In this document: one piece after another, positions 1-13,351 of the stretch
Layout of the letters: each line of letters starts with the position of its first letter
How positions within the stretch are numbered: the first letter of the stretch is position 1
Source of the DNA: Heterodontus francisci
Lineage: Eukaryota
Direction: 5' to 3'
DNA: 64,000 bases
Assembly: GCF_036365525.1 (NCBI RefSeq)
Contig: NC_090372.1
Location: forward strand, 204,762,298 to 204,826,297
Program-made: the position numbers and the translations under genes
Notes under the pieces: generated by a model
What the model was told of the DNA's origin: nothing
Databases searched by the model: none
What the model saw: only the letters and a program-made list of their open reading frames with translations

Positions 1-1960
1 TCTCAAGAAAGATGCGCCATTCATGTGGTATGAAGATCATCAACACGCGTGTGATTCGTTAGAAGAGTCATTTTCTGTTGAAGCATGTTTGTAATACTAC
101 AATCCAAGGAAAGAAACTACACTTGAAGTAGATGCTTTGCAAAAGGGTCTCAGAGCATGTCTGTTACAGGAAGGTATACCAACTGTGTTCAGTTCTATAA
201 GTTTGTCATCCACTCAGGCAAACTATTCCAACGTAGAAGGAGAACCATTGGCATTAGTGTTCGGTGTCGCCAGATTCCATACATACCTATTTGGCAAACG
301 TTTTGTTCTTGAGACTGATCACAAGCCATTGGCAATGACTTGAAAAAATCCACTCACCAGCGTGCCACCTCGGCTCCAAAGTACAGGGATATGATTGTGA
401 GGTCCGATATATAAACCTGGAAAACTTGTGGTTACGTCTAACATATTCAGCAGGCGAGCTGATCCCAAGCATACAGAAGATATACCATTAGATGTACAAA
501 GTAGATGTGGAACTAGGAGATGTATACAACATTGACCTAATGCAATTTGGACAGGAAAAACACAAAGAGCTCCAAGAAGAGATTTCCAGCAATCCTGTCC
601 TCAGGGCATTATGGAAGCTCATCATCAGTGGATGGTCAGATGACGCAAGAGAATCCCACAGACCTCAGAACCTTTTGGCTATATCGTGACGAATTATGGA
701 TCTCCAGTGGAGTCATGTTCAAGGGCAGAAAAATATTGATACCAAAAGCACTTTGTCAAGATATCCTTAGCCAATTACATCAAGGTCATGTGGGCGTTGA
801 AAGATCAAGATGACTTGCATGTGAGACAGTTTATTGGCTCGGGATCAATAACGACATAGAACAAGCAGTGAGGATGTGCAATGTATGTCAGAAGCATCAA
901 CCGAGACAACACAGGGAGACATTCCATACCCATGATGTTCCATTGCATCCATGGTCAAGAAAAGCTCCTGATTTATTTACTGTCAGAGGTGCCAACATAA
1001 TACTTACTACCGACTACTTCTCCAAATTTCCTATCATTCGCCAACTGAGGGATACATCAAGTGCATCGGTAGCAAACACGATGAGAGCAGTTATCAGTCT
1101 GTTTGGTTCCCTGGAGCAGTTAGTGTTGGATAACACTCCACAGTACACTGGTAAACCATTCCAGGATATGTGTGCAAAGTGGGCTGTAAATCACATTACA
1201 TCATCTCCACACTATCCAAGGTCAAATGGACTGGCGTAAAGCATAGCGATAATGGTAGTCACTAATCTTAAAATGTAAGGAGACCGATCAAGACATCCAA
1301 ATCACAATGTTGCACCTATGAGCAACACCACTAGATACAGGATTACCATCCCCAGCAGAGATCATGTTGGGAAGGCAAGTCAAGAGAACTCCTCCGAGTC
1401 ATCATTGGATCAGATTATTGTCAGTCCGAGATAAATTACTGGTAAGAGAAATGAAAATGAAAATCACAAATGATAAACTTGCAGGCGTGGAGTTGCCTCC
1501 TCTGCAGGTAGGACAGAAGGTCAGAGTGCTCCACCTGCAAGAGAAGACATTGTTCCCTGTGGAAGTGTCAAAGATCTGTAAAGAGCCACGGCCTTACGAG
1601 GTAACCGCCCGAATGGAGTGACGTTGAGGAGGAATAGATGTCAGCTGAGAGAGTTATCCAACAGCATCATACCTGATACTCCCAAAGCGTCAAGAACCCA
1701 CTCACATTCAAGTTCTGAATGTGGAGTTAGTTACTGAGAGTTTAGGAAGTTGTCACATACAACACTAAAGTACAAGATAATTGTCAGTCTTGACGTACGA
1801 GTCAAGAGAAAAGAATTGACAATTCCAGATCTCAGCAAAGTTTCACAGTTACCAGATCAAGTCGAGTCAGCAGACCACTTGTACACAGAGACACCTGAAT
1901 AATTAATGTGAGAGTCCATACATGTGTAAATACCGTTCACAATTATCCTATTTCATTATG
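1..1960 (+). mobile_element. Decayed Ty3/Gypsy LTR retrotransposon pol region (RNase H and integrase), multiple stops and frameshifts
   Basis: ORF fragments contain the RNase H motif ALVFGVARFHTYLFGKRFVLETDHKPL (137-343), the integrase Zn-binding LHQGHVG...CNVC (547-900) and the core DYFSK...DN.PQY...SSPHYPRSNGLA (868-1239). The order RNaseH then IN is Gypsy-type. Confidence 0.9.
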
Positions 1961-1972
1961 TACATAGCTTAT

Positions 1973-3437
1973 TCTTCTTCTTTGGCCTCCTTATCTCGAG
2001 AGACAATGGGTAAGCGCCTGGAGGTGGTCAGTGGTGTGTGGAGCAGCGCCTGGAGTGGCTATAAAGGCCAATTCTAGAGTGACAGGCTCTTCCACAGGTG
2101 CTGCAGAAAAATTTGTTTGTCGGGGCTGTTACACAGTTGGCTCTCCCCTTGCGCCTCTGTCTTTTTTCCTGCCAACTGCTAAGTCTCTTCGACTCGCCAC
2201 ACTTTAGCCCCGCCCTTATGGCTGCCCGCCAGCTCTGGTGAACGCTGGCAACTGACTCCCACGACTTGTGATCAATGTCACAGGACTTCATGTCGCGTTT
2301 GCAGACGTCTTTAAAGCGGAGACATGGACGGCCGGTGGGTCTGATACCAGTGATGAGCTCGCTGTACAATGTGTCTTTGGGGATCCTGCCATCTTCCATG
2401 CAGCTCACATGACCAAGCCATCTCAAGTGCCCCTGACTCAGTAATGTGTATAAGCTGGGGATGTTGGCCGCCTCGAGGACTTCTGTGTTGGAGATACGGT
2501 CCTGCCACCTGATGCCAAGTATTCTCCGGAGGCAGCGAAGATGGAATGAATTGAGACGTCGCACTTGGCTGACATACGTTGTCCAGGCCTCGCTGCCATA
2601 GAGCAAGGTACTGAGGACACAGGCTTGATACACTCGGACTTTTGTGTTCCGTGTCAGTGCGCCATTTTCCCACACTCTCTTGGCCAGTCTGGACATAGCA
2701 GTGGAAGCCTTTCCCATACGCTTGATGATTTCTGCATCTAGAGACAGGTTACTGGTAATAGTTGAGCCTAGGTAGGTGAACTCTTGAACCACTTCCAGAG
2801 CGTGGTCGCCAATATTGATGGATGGAGCATTTCTGACGTCCTGTCCCATGATGTTCGTTTTCTTGAGGCTGATTGTTAGGCCAAATTCATTGCAGGCAGC
2901 TGCAAACCTGTCGATGAGACTCTGCAGGCACTCTTCAGTGTGAGATGTTAAAGCAGCATCGTCAGCAAAGAGGAGTTCCCTGATAAGGACTTTCCGTACT
3001 TTGGACTTCGCTCTTAGATGGGCAAGGTTGAACAACATGCCACCTGATCTTGTGTGGAGGAAAATTCCTTCTTCAGAGGACTTGAACGCATGTGAAAGCA
3101 GCAGGGAGAAAAAAATCCCAAAAAGTGTGGGTGTGAGAACACAGCCCTGTTTCACGCCACTCAGGATAGGAAAAGGGTCTGATGAGGAGCCACCATGTTG
3201 AATTGTGCCTTTCATATATGGAATGAGATGATGATACTTAGTAGCTTTGGTGGACATCCAATCTTTTCCAGTAGTCTGAAGAGACCACGTCTGCTGACAA
3301 GGTCAAAAGCTTTGGTGAGATCAATGAAAGCAATGTAGAGGGGCATCTGTTGTTCACGGCATTTCTCCTGTATCTGATGAAGGGAGAACAGCATGTCAAC
3401 GGTCGATCTCTCTGCACGAAAGCCACACTGTGCCTCA
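1973..3437 (-). mobile_element. 5'-truncated RTE-clade LINE with 12-bp TSD
   Basis: RT motifs GVKQGCVL and LLFADD, C-terminal CSTCGRACHSRIGLYSH and a (GAA)n tail. TSD tacatagcttat at 1961-1972 and 3438-3449. A 4-nt deletion near 3220 shifts the frame relative to the copy at 15337. Confidence 0.95.
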
Positions 3438-3470
3438 TACATAGCTTATAGTTTATATAATTTCCTATTT

Positions 3471-3540
3471 AAGGAAAGGGGGATGTTGTGATATTGCTTT
3501 AACTGTTTTCATACTAGTTAACATACGACTGAATATGCAA
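3471..3540 (+). mobile_element. Polypurine tract and start of the 3' LTR of the upstream Gypsy element
   Basis: aaggaaaggggga (3471-3483) is followed directly by TGTTGTG. It is contiguous with the Gypsy remnant once the RTE insertion is removed. Confidence 0.6.
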
Positions 3541-4068
3541 TTGTTGAACTCAATGTTGAGTCCAGAAGGCTGTCGAGTGCCTAATCGGAAGATGAGGTGC
3601 TGTTCCTCAAGCTTACGTTGAGCTTCACTGGAACACTGCAGCAGGCCGAGAACAGAAATGTGGGTGTGAAAGCAGGGTGGTGAATTAACATGGCAAGCAA
3701 CCAGAAGCTCAGGGTCATGCTTGCGGACTGAGCAGAGCTGTTCCGCAAAGTGGTCACTCAGTCTTCCCAATGTAGATGTGACTGCATTGTGAGCGGCGAA
3801 TACAATATACTAAATTGAAAGAAATACAAATAAGTCACTGCTTCACCTGGAAGGAGTGTTTGGGGCCTTGGATGCTGAGGAGAGAGGAGGTAAAAGGGCA
3901 GGTATTGCACCTCCTGCAATTGCATGGGAAGGTGCCATGGGAAGGGGACGTTGTGTCAGGGGTGATGGAGGAGTACACCAGGGTGTCATGGAGGGAACAG
4001 TCTCTTCGGAATGCTGACAGGGGAGGGGAAGATGTGTTTGGTGGTGGCATCACACAGGAGGTGGCGAA
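3541..4068 (-). mobile_element. Decayed Penelope-like element fragment (GIY-YIG region)
   Basis: ORFs 3465-3770 and 3835-4200 match the ORF at 24352-25095 (AFRRD.SL.DTLV, CNCRRCNTC, RKLEEQHLIFRLGT.QP.GLN). Confidence 0.9.
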
Positions 4069-4169
4069 AAATAGGAACTTGAGTGAAGAGAGTGGGACTC
4101 CAGCAGGGAGGTCCCATGGGAAATTTAAACAGTCTGCACACATGATTGGTGCCTTTAGAATGGAAAAAC

Positions 4170-4610
4170 TTCCCAAGGTGCTGCACAGGAGTATTACCAA
4201 AGTTTGACACCAAGCGATGCAAGGAAATATTGGAACAAATTGCCAAAAATTTGGTCAAAGAGGTAGATTTTAACAAGCATTTTAAGGGAGGTGAAAGAGG
4301 CGGAGAGGTTTAGAGAGGAATTCCAGAGTTTTAGGCCTAGGCAGCTGAAGGCCCAGCCATCAATGGTGAAGCGATTAACATTTTTGGTACACAAGAGGCC
4401 AGAATTCTAGGGCTGGAACAATTTACAGAGGTAGAAGAGGGGGGAGCAAGGCCTTGGAGGGATTTGAAAACATGGGTGTGAAATTTAAAATCAGGTTTTT
4501 GTCAATCTGGGAGCCAAGGTAGGCCATCGAAGACAAGGGTGAAGGGTCAACTGGTCTTGGTGTGTGTCAGGATATGGGCAGCAGGGTTTTGGATGAGTTC
4601 AAGTTTACAG
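4170..4610 (-). mobile_element. L2-type LINE 3' remnant
   Basis: G.AFS.LG.KLWNS...FK..LK.YLFDQ.F-like C-terminus, homologous to 28435-28750. Confidence 0.7.
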
Positions 4611-4784
4611 ATTCAAGCTGAGGTTTCTGTGACTAAAGCTATCCTCTAAATGATCACACAACACTTACATAAATACCGAGGCCTTGCAGAGCTGAATCAG
4701 TTAGATAGAGCCCACTTCCTCAGAGATGGGTGAATTCACCACACTGTGGATACAGTGCTGTGACACTCTCTGTCAAGTTCCAGA

Positions 4785-4965
4785 TGCTGGGGCAATTAGA
4801 GTTTTCAATACTAAGATTGATAGTTTTTTTGTTAAGTAAGGATCTCAAGGGATGTGGAGCAAAGGTGGGAAAATGGAGTTGAGGGGCAGATCAGCCATGA
4901 CCTAATTGAATGGCGGAACAGTCTTGAAGGGTTGAATGGTCTCCTCCAGTCCCTAATATTTCTAT
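4785..4965 (+). mobile_element. CR1 3' end remnant
   Basis: gatcagccatga...tgaatggcgg...ctcct 3' UTR motif shared with the other CR1 copies. Confidence 0.65.
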
Positions 4966-5904
4966 GTGCCCATGCCACAATCTTACATCTAATGGTATAT
5001 CGCATAGTTTGTATCAGTATAGGTCATTTACGGGTTCAAGAGGGAGCTGAACGGGTCCCTGACTGGGGCAGAGGTACAGAAGGTCAGTGTCATTAGAGAT
5101 AACATCTGGTCAGTATGATCTCTGGGGTGGTTTCAATTGCCTGAGAGGGTCGGAAAGGAATTTTCCAGACTGTTTTTTCCCTGGGATATTTCTCTGCTTT
5201 TTTGCCTCTCCCTGGAGATTACAGGGCTGCTGGTGGAGTGGGGCAGAGAGTGGATGGGAGTGGGGGGCAGAGAGAAATTGAATTATATTTTGTCACGATG
5301 CTCGAGCCATTATGGTGTGGGACAGGCTTGATGAACCAACCAGTCAATTTCATATATAACAAATTTCATTGGGCATAGTCACAGAGTCAGATTGGCACTT
5401 TTAATGCTGTCCGATATTTACCAAAACAGGCTTGGTGTCAATTCCACAGCGAGCCCCTGTAATTCATCTTTTGCAAACAATATTGGGTGTCTTCAGTTCA
5501 CAGACATAGCAGAATTGTTTGATGCAATTGATTTCTACACTATTTGATGTACTTACCCAACATATACTCTGGTAATCTCCCACCAGGGAGCTCACCGTGT
5601 CTTCAAATGGAACACGGTTTCAAATTATTTAAAAGTAATCTGCGGTTCATGACTCCGCTTTGTTCTCCCCTGTCTTCTTAGATGTTGTCACAATCTTTTA
5701 TTTGGAGAACCCAGAGGAGTGAATCACGAGGGATGCATAGCAAAGACTTGTGTCTGTGACTGAACACAAGTGCTTGAGTTTTAGGCAGACTTCAGCTGCA
5801 GAAGCTGGGTTTGGATTTCCAGGGCTGGGGTGTCCTTCCCTCCACATCCCATATTTGGTCTGAAACAATCTGACTTGATACCTAGTTGAATGGTAGCATC
5901 ATGG

Positions 5905-6050
5905 AATGAATGATACAGCACAGAAGAAGGCCATTCATCCCTTCGTGCCTGTGCTGACTCTTTGAAAGAGCTGTCCAGTGAGACAACCCCCACTCCTCTT
6001 TCCCCTGCAGATGACTCCCCCTTCAAGCATTCATCTAGTTCTCCTTTCAA
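5905..6050 (-). mobile_element. CR1-type 3' UTR remnant
   Basis: atacagcacagaagaaggccattc...ctctttgaaagagct, the reverse complement of the tail at 45590-45660. Confidence 0.55.
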
Positions 6051-6869
6051 TGTCACTTTTTTGGATACCAAGGGAACTAAGGGATACAGTGCGGTGTAGT
6101 GCAGTGTGGTGTGGTACAGTGTGATACAGTGTGTTGTGTCTGAATTCACCCTCATTGTCCTGGCCATCTACCATGCTGCTGTGCTGCTCTCCATTATCAT
6201 TTGCTGTTCCTGATTATGTAGAGAAGCACGTTCATTGCTTCCTTACGGAATTGTGTGGGGTGGGGGACTAGAGGTGGAGGCGGGGGGGGGGGAGGGGGTG
6301 GATTTCGAGCTCTCCTGTTCTCCTGCAGTGTCCTGTGATATTTTTGCCAGTTACCAGTTGCACTCATTCCCACAGGAATCTGGGTGTTGTGGTCCTATAA
6401 TAGTTGCTTTCTTTACACCGGCCAGTAACACGCTTCCCCACACCCCCTCGCCCAGATAGTCAGCCCCTAACCAGGGTCTGCCCACTTTCAGGGGAGCAGG
6501 AGTGGTACCCACAACTGTTTTGCCAGGACAATCTAAGCTTCTAGTCACTTTTCACTTTGTATTACTCAAAATGCGCCCATAGGGAGCACTGTTAAACACA
6601 GAGAAACTAAAACTCTGCAAATATACTGGCAGCATATTAAATCTGAACCCTTTTTAAGCTACTGTGTTATAATCTTGTAACACGATCTGACTTCTGTTTT
6701 ATTGTATATACCAATGGTCCCTTGTGGCACTTTGTTGATGATGAGCCTGTTTTTTTAAGGAGAGGCATTTTCCTAATCTAAGTGTAATCTGCTGTTGTCC
6801 CTCTCAAAGGCTGCACAGTCTAATTGTTAGTAAGTAAATATTGTGTGAGATGAGTGAAAGAGCAAGCTC

Positions 6870-7400
6870 GCATTCTTATTGTGCCTTTCACAACCTCAAA
6901 ACATGCCAAAGCGCTTTACAGCCAATGAGGTACTTTTGAAGTGTAGTCACTGTTATATTGTAGGAAACGTGGCAGCCAATTTACGCACAGTAAGCTCCCA
7001 CAAACAACAATAAGATAACCGATCAAATAATCTGTTGTAGAGTTCTGAAGAAAGGTCATTGACCTGAAACGTTAACCCTGTTTCTCTCTCCACAAATGCT
7101 GCCTGACCCACTGAGCATTTCCAGAACGTTGTGTTCTTATATCTGCTTTAGTGATGTGGGTTGAGGGATAAGTATTTGTCAGGACACTGGGCAAAACTCC
7201 TCGATCTTCATTGAAAAGTGATATTAGATCTTTTATATGTACCAGAGAGGGCAGTAGGTTTAACATCTCATCCGAATGACAGCACCTCCATCACTATATC
7301 ACTCCCTCAGTTTTGCACTAAAGTACCAGCCTACACTGAGTCTCTGGACCATGGCACGACCCTTTGACCTTCTGATGCAGAGGCGAGAAAGCTGAAGTAC
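6870..7400 (-). mobile_element. Deu-domain SINE (SacSINE1-like) with L2-type tail, interrupted at 7041-7140
   Basis: Tail aaagcgctttacagccaatga.gtacttttgaagtgtagtcactg and core acatctcatccgaa.gacagcacctcc...ctccctcagt. The family recurs at 8393, 17225, 18665 and 60352. Confidence 0.75.
7039..7079 (+). ncRNA. Minimal type-I hammerhead ribozyme motif in a solo Penelope pseudo-LTR fragment (7041-7140)
   Basis: agagtt-CTGAAGA-a-aggtc(att)gacct-GAAA-cg-TT-aaccct. It has the canonical core, a 5-bp stem II, a palindromic ACGT stem III, and stem I with one mismatch. Confidence 0.7.
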
Positions 7401-7459
7401 TGAACCTGATGGCTTTTTGGTGTTGATCCAGGTCATCTGATGTTAGTGTTTTTTCCATT

Positions 7460-7625
7460 TTCGGTGCTGGGTCATAAACCTGGAACTCCCTTCCTAACAG
7501 CACTGTGGGTGCACCCATACCACATGGACTACAGCGGTTCAAGAAGGCGACTCACCACCACTTTCACAAGAGAAATTGGGATGGACAATGGATGGGCCTT
7601 ATCTGCATCACCCACAAAAAAAACC
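7460..7625 (+). mobile_element. 3' end of the Jockey/CR1-group LINE family seen at 23790-26610
   Basis: ctgggtca.aa.cctggaactccct...cagcggttcaagaaggc..ctcaccacc followed by an A-tail. Confidence 0.7.
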
Positions 7626-8392
7626 TAAAAAATTGGCCCCAACTTCAAAACCCTAACCTTTATTGCATCAGTCTGACAATTATTTGTTTCCATTTCCTAG
7701 AGCAGCTATCATCCTGTCACCTTGCTGAGTGGGATTGTTAATTAGTGCTGAGTTTTTAAAAAAGAATTTCTGGGCTGTAAGCTCTTGCCTTTTAGGACTT
7801 GTCCTGAGACAAAAACTATTCAGGAAGGAAGGGGCAGGAAATAGTATGCTGCTGCAGCTCAAAGGATGAGGCTACTGAAAATCCTATGGTGGCATAAGTC
7901 CAACATCTTTTAGATAACACACATAATAGCCAACAGATAGAAGAGATTGTCCTCCCTTCAGCCTGGGTCAGAGAGGTTAGCGTCTAACCCATTGTCTCAT
8001 CCAGTTAAAAGACACTAAAGACAACTTGAATGGATTAGTGTGGGGGTAGGTGGGGTGAGGGAGGGTGAGTGCGATTGGTGTGGGTGGGGTGAAAGTAAGA
8101 GTCAGCAATGGTTGGGAAGGCCGTTTCAATGTCAAGGTGTAGGCAGCAGCTCCTGTGTCACTTGGGTACATATTCAAAATGGGTTCACTTTGTGATTTGG
8201 CATGGTGAGCAAAGTATTGCTCACGCCTTTCATGGGACCTTTGCTTCAGCTTTACAATTATTATTGCGTGTGGCAAACAAACTGGTGGTGGGGTGGGGTG
8301 TGGTGGAGATGAGCAGAATTCTTTTTATGCAACAAGTTGTTATGTTTTGGAATGCATTAACTGAAAGGGTGGTGGAAGCTGATTCAATAATA

Positions 8393-8524
8393 ACTCAGTG
8401 GGTAGCACACTCACCTTGGACTCAGAGAGTTGTGGGCTCAAGTTCTACTCCACAGACGTGTGTACATTATCTAGGTTAACACTCCAGTGCAGTACTGAGG
8501 GAGTGCTGCATTGTCGAAGGTGCA
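8393..8524 (+). mobile_element. Deu-domain SINE 5' half (3' continuation at 14754-14830)
   Basis: tRNA-like head ctcagtgggtagcac...gggctcaagt followed by agtactgagggagtgctgca. It resumes as ttaaaccaaggcccc...aaaagattccatgg after the CR1 stack. Confidence 0.7.
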
Positions 8525-9518
8525 TGTAGCATTCGAAACAAAATAGATGAACTGATAGCGCAACTAGAAATATACAAGTACAATCTGATAGCCAATACAG
8601 AGACATGGCTGCAGGATATCATAGATTGGTACCTGATTATTGAAGGGTACATGACATTTAGGAAGGGCAGGAAGCTAGGAAAAGGTGGAAGGGTGGCTCT
8701 GTTGATTAATGATGGTATTAGCACATTAGAGAGGAATGACCTAACTTCAGGAAAGCAGGATGCAGAAACGGTTTGGGTTGAGATGAGAAATTATAAAGTC
8801 AAGAAGTCACTCGTCGGAGTGGTGTACAGGTCCCCTAAAAGTAACCACATGGTAGGACAGAGTATAAAGGAAGAAATAATGGGAGTTTATCAGAAAGGTA
8901 CAGCGATAATTATGGGAGGATTTTAATCTACATATGGACTGGAAAAATCAGATGGGCAAAGGTAGCCTAGATGAGGAGTTCATTGAATGTTTTCGGGATA
9001 GTTTCTCAGAACAACATGTTCTGGAGCCAGCCAGAGAGCAGGCTACATTGGACCTGGTATTGTGCAATGAGATAGTATTAATTGATAACCTTATAGTGAA
9101 GGCTGCCCTAGGTAGCAGCGATCATAATATGAATTTTACATTCAGTTTGAGGGAGGGAAGAGTGGGTCCAAGTATTTTATACTTAAATAAGGACAATTAT
9201 GAGGTCATGAAAGCAGAGCTAGCTAAAGTGAACTGGCAAATTAGGTGAAGGGATAGGTCAAAAGGAATGCAGTGGCAGACATTTAAGGGGATATTTCAGA
9301 ATATATTCCAACAAGAAAGAAAAATTCCAAGGGGAAGACTCAATATCTGTGGTTAACTAAAAAAGTTAAAGATAGTATCAAACTTTAAAAAAAAGTGTGT
9401 AATTGCACAAAGATGGGTGGCAGGTTAGAAGATTGTACAGAATATAAAAAACAGCAAAGAATGACTAAAAGATTGATAAGGAGGGAAAAATAAGAGTTTG
9501 AGAGATAGCTAGCTAGAA

Positions 9519-12204
9519 TTAGAATTAGAACATTACAGCGCAGTACAGGCCCTTCGGCCCTCGATGTTGCGCCGACCTGTGAAACCATCTGACCTACACT
9601 ATTCCATTTTCATCCGTATGTCTATCCAATGACCATTTAAATGCCCTTAAAGTTGGCGAGTCTACTACTGTTGCAGGCAGGGCGTTCCATGCCCCTACTA
9701 CTCTCTGAGTAAAGAAACTACCTCTAACATCTGTCCTATATCTATCACCCCTCAACTTAAAGCTATGTCCCCTCGTGTTTGCCATCACCATCCGAGGAAA
9801 AAGACTCTCACTATCCACCCTATCTAACCCTCTGATTATCTTATATGTCTCTATTAAGTCACCTCTCCTCCTCCTTCTCTCCAACGAAAACAACGTCAGC
9901 CTTTCCTCGTAAGACCTTCCCTCCATACCAGGCAACATCCTAGTAAATCTCCTCTGCACCCTTTCCAAAGCTTCCACATCCTTCCTATAATGCGGTGACC
10001 AGAACAGCACGCAATACTCCAGGTGCGGTCTCACCAGAGTTTTGTACAGCTGCAGCATGACCTCGTGGCTCCGAAACTCGATCCCCCTACTAATAAAGGC
10101 TAACACACCATATGCCTTCTTAACAGCCCTATTAACCTGGGTAGCAACTTTCAGGGATTTATGTACCTGGACACCAAGATCTCTCTGTTCATCTACACTA
10201 CCAAGAATCTTCCCATTAGCCCAGTACTCTGCATTCCTGTTACTCCTTCCAAAGTGAATCACCTCACACTTTTCCGCATTAAACTCCATTTGCCATCTCT
10301 CAGCCCAGCTCTGCAGCCTATCTATGTCCCTCTGTACCCTACAACATCCTTCGGCACTATCCACAACTCCACCGACCTTCGTGTCATCCGCAAATTTACT
10401 AACCCACCCTTCTACACCCTCTTCCAGGTCATTTATAAAAATGACAAACAGCAGTGGCCCCAAAACAGATCCTTGCGGTACACCACTAGTAACTAAACTC
10501 CAGGATGAACATTTGCCATCAACCACCAGCTAGCCAATTTCTGATCCAAAGCTCTAAATCACCTTCAAACCCATACTTCCGTATTTTCTGCAATAACCTA
10601 CCGTGGGGAACCTTATCAAACGCCTTACTGAAATCCACATACACCACATCCACTGCTTTACCCTCATCCACCTGTTTGGTCACCTTCTTGAAAAACTCAA
10701 TAAGGTTTGTGAGGCACGACCTACCCGTCACAAAACCGTGCTGACTATCGCTAATGAACTTATTCTTTTCAAGATGATTATAAATCCTATCTCTTATAAC
10801 CTTTTCCAACATTTTACCCACAACTGAAGTAAGGCTCACAGGTCTATAATTACCAGGGCTGTCTCTACTCCCCTTCTTGAACAAGGGGACAACATTTGCT
10901 ATCCTCCAGTCTTCCGGCACTATTCCTGTCGACAATGACGACATAAACATCAAGGACAAAGGCTCTGCAATCTCCTCCCTGGCTTCCCAGAGAATCCTAG
11001 GATAAATCCCATCTGGCCCAGGGAACTTATCTATTTTCACACTTTCCAAAATTGCTAACACCTCCTCCTTGTGAACCTCAATCCCATCTAGCCTAGTAGT
11101 CTGAATCTCAGTATTCTCCTCGACAACATTTTCTTTCTCTACTGTAAATACTGACGAAAAATATTCATTTAACGCTTCCCCTATCTCCTCTGATTCCACA
11201 CACAACTTCCCACTACTATCCTTGATTGGCCCTAATCTAACTCTAGTCATTCTTTTATTCCTGATATACCGATAGAAAGCCTTAGGGTTTTCCTTGATCC
11301 TATCCGCCAATGACGTCTCGTGTCCTCTCCTTGCTCTTCTTAGCTCTCCCTTTAGATCCTTCCTGGCTAGCTTGTAACTCTCAAGCGCCCTAACTGAGCC
11401 TTCACGTCTCATCCTAACATAAGCCTTCTTCTTCCTTTTGACAAGCGCTTCAACTTCTTTAGTAAACCACGGCTCCCTCGCTCGACAACTTCCTCCCTGC
11501 CTGACAGGTACATACTTATCAAGGACACGCATTAGCTGCTCCTTGAATAAGCTCCACATTTCGATTGTGCCCATCCCCTGCAGTTTCCTTCCCCATCCTA
11601 CGCATCCTAAATCTTGCCTAATCGCATCATAATTTCCTTTCCCCCAGCTATAATTCTTGCCCTGCGGTATATACCTGTCCCTGCCCATCGCTAAGGTAAA
11701 CCTAACCGAATTGTGATCACTATCACCAAAGTGCTCACCTACATCTAAATCTAACACCTGGCCGGGTTCATTTCCCAGTACCAAATCCAATGTGGCATCG
11801 CCCCTGGTTCTCCTGTCTACATACTGTGTCAGAAAACCCTCCTGCACACACTGGACAAAAACTGACCCATCTAAAGTACTCGAACTCTCGTATTTCCAGT
11901 CAATATTTGGAAAGTTAAAGTCCCCCATAACAACTACCCTGTTACTCTCGCCCCTGTCGAGAATCATCTTCGCTATCCTTTCCTCTACATCTCTGGAACT
12001 ATTTGGAGGTCTATAGAAGACTCCCAACAGGGTGACCTCTCCTCTCCTGTTTCTAACCTCGGCCCATACTACCTCAGTAGACGAGTCCTCAAACGTCCTT
12101 TCTGCCGCTGTAATACTCTCCTTGATTAACAATGCCACACCCCCTCCTCTTTTACCATCTTCTCTGTTCTTACTGAAACATCTAAATCCCGGAACCTGCA
12201 ACCT
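9519..12204 (-). mobile_element. Young 5'-truncated CR1 (HER1-like) LINE with TSD
   Basis: ORFs 10519-12201 (APE to RT) and 9594-10526 (RT, KFADD) are separated by one frameshifting deletion. (TTCTAA)n tail. TSD gctagaa at 9512-9518 and 12205-12211. Confidence 0.95.
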
Positions 12205-12999
12205 GCTAGAAATATAAAAACAGATAGTAAGAGTTTCTATAGATATTTAAAAAAGAAAAGAGTTAACAAAATGAGCATTGGTCCGATAGAAAGTGAGTCT
12301 GTGGAATTAATAATGGAAAATAAGGAAATGGCAGATGCATTGAACAGGTATTTTGCATCGGTCTTCACCATAGAGGATACAAGTAACATCCCAGACAGTG
12401 CTGTAAATCAGGAAATGGAAGAGAGGGAGGAACTCAAGAAAATTACAATCACCAGGGAAGTGGTACGAAACAAATTGTTGGAGCTGAGGGCTGACAAATC
12501 CCCAGCTCCTGATGGACTTCGCCCTCGGGCCTTAAAAGAAGTGGCTAGTGAGATAGTTGATACATTGGTTTTAATTTTCCAAAATTCCCTAGATTCAGGG
12601 CAGGTTCCATTAGATTGGAAAATAGTGAGTGTAACTCCTTTATTCAAAAAGGGAAGGAGACAGAAAGCAGGAAACTACAGGTCAGTTAGCTTAACATCTG
12701 TCTTCGAGAGAATGTTAGAAGCTAATATTAAAGACATTATAGCAGGGCACTTAGAAAAATTCAAGGTAATCAGGCAGAGTCAACAGAGTTTTGTGAAAGG
12801 GAAATCATGTTTAAGCAATTTATTGGAGTTCTTTGAAGAAGTAACATGTGCTGTGGATAAAGGGGAACCAGTGGATGCACTGTACTTAGATTTCCAGAAG
12901 GCATTTGACCAGGTGCCACATCAAAGGTTATTGCGGAAAATAAAAGCTCATGGTGTAGGGAGTAACATATTGGCATGGATAGAAGATTGGTTAGCTAAC

Positions 13000-13351
13000 G
13001 GAGTGGTGCAGTGGTTAGTACTGTAGCCTCACAGCTCCAGTGACCTAGGTTCAGTTCTGGGTACTGCCTGTGCAGAGTTTGCAAGTTCTCCCTGTGACTG
13101 TGTAGGTTTCTGCTGGGTGCTCTGGTTTCCTCCCACAGCCAAAGACTTTCAGGTTGATAGGCAAATTGGCCATTGCAAATTGCCCCTAGTAGGTAGGTGG
13201 TAAGAGAATTGAGGGAAGGTGGGGATGTGGTAGGGAATATGGGATTAATGTAGGATTAGTATAAATTGATGGTTGGCACAGACATGATGAGCCAAAGGGC
13301 CTGTCTCAGTGCTGTATCTTTCTATGACTAATATACAAAAGAGAGTAATTT
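13000..13351 (+). mobile_element. HE1-like V-SINE, near full length
   Basis: A-box tggtgcagtgg, B-box-like ggttcagttc, V-domain ggtttcctcccacagccaaagac and a CR1-derived tail. TSD gctaac at 12994-12999 and 13352-13357. Confidence 0.85.

Noticed and set aside
5551-5760. Possible host exon (minus-strand gtaagt donor at 5551-5556; plus-strand pyrimidine tract and AG near 5681)
   Set aside because: No convincing partner splice site and no recognisable peptide.
6085-6138. Degenerate (CAGTG/TGGTG)n pentamer run
   Set aside because: Short, decayed simple repeat with no further structure.
10042-12016. Numerous antisense ORFs over LINE coding regions (also 30358-31926 and 56272-57855)
   Set aside because: They are shadows of the CR1 ORF2 reading frame.
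13000-13070. tRNA gene
   Set aside because: The A/B boxes continue into a V-domain and CR1 tail, so it is a SINE head. No cloverleaf is evident.
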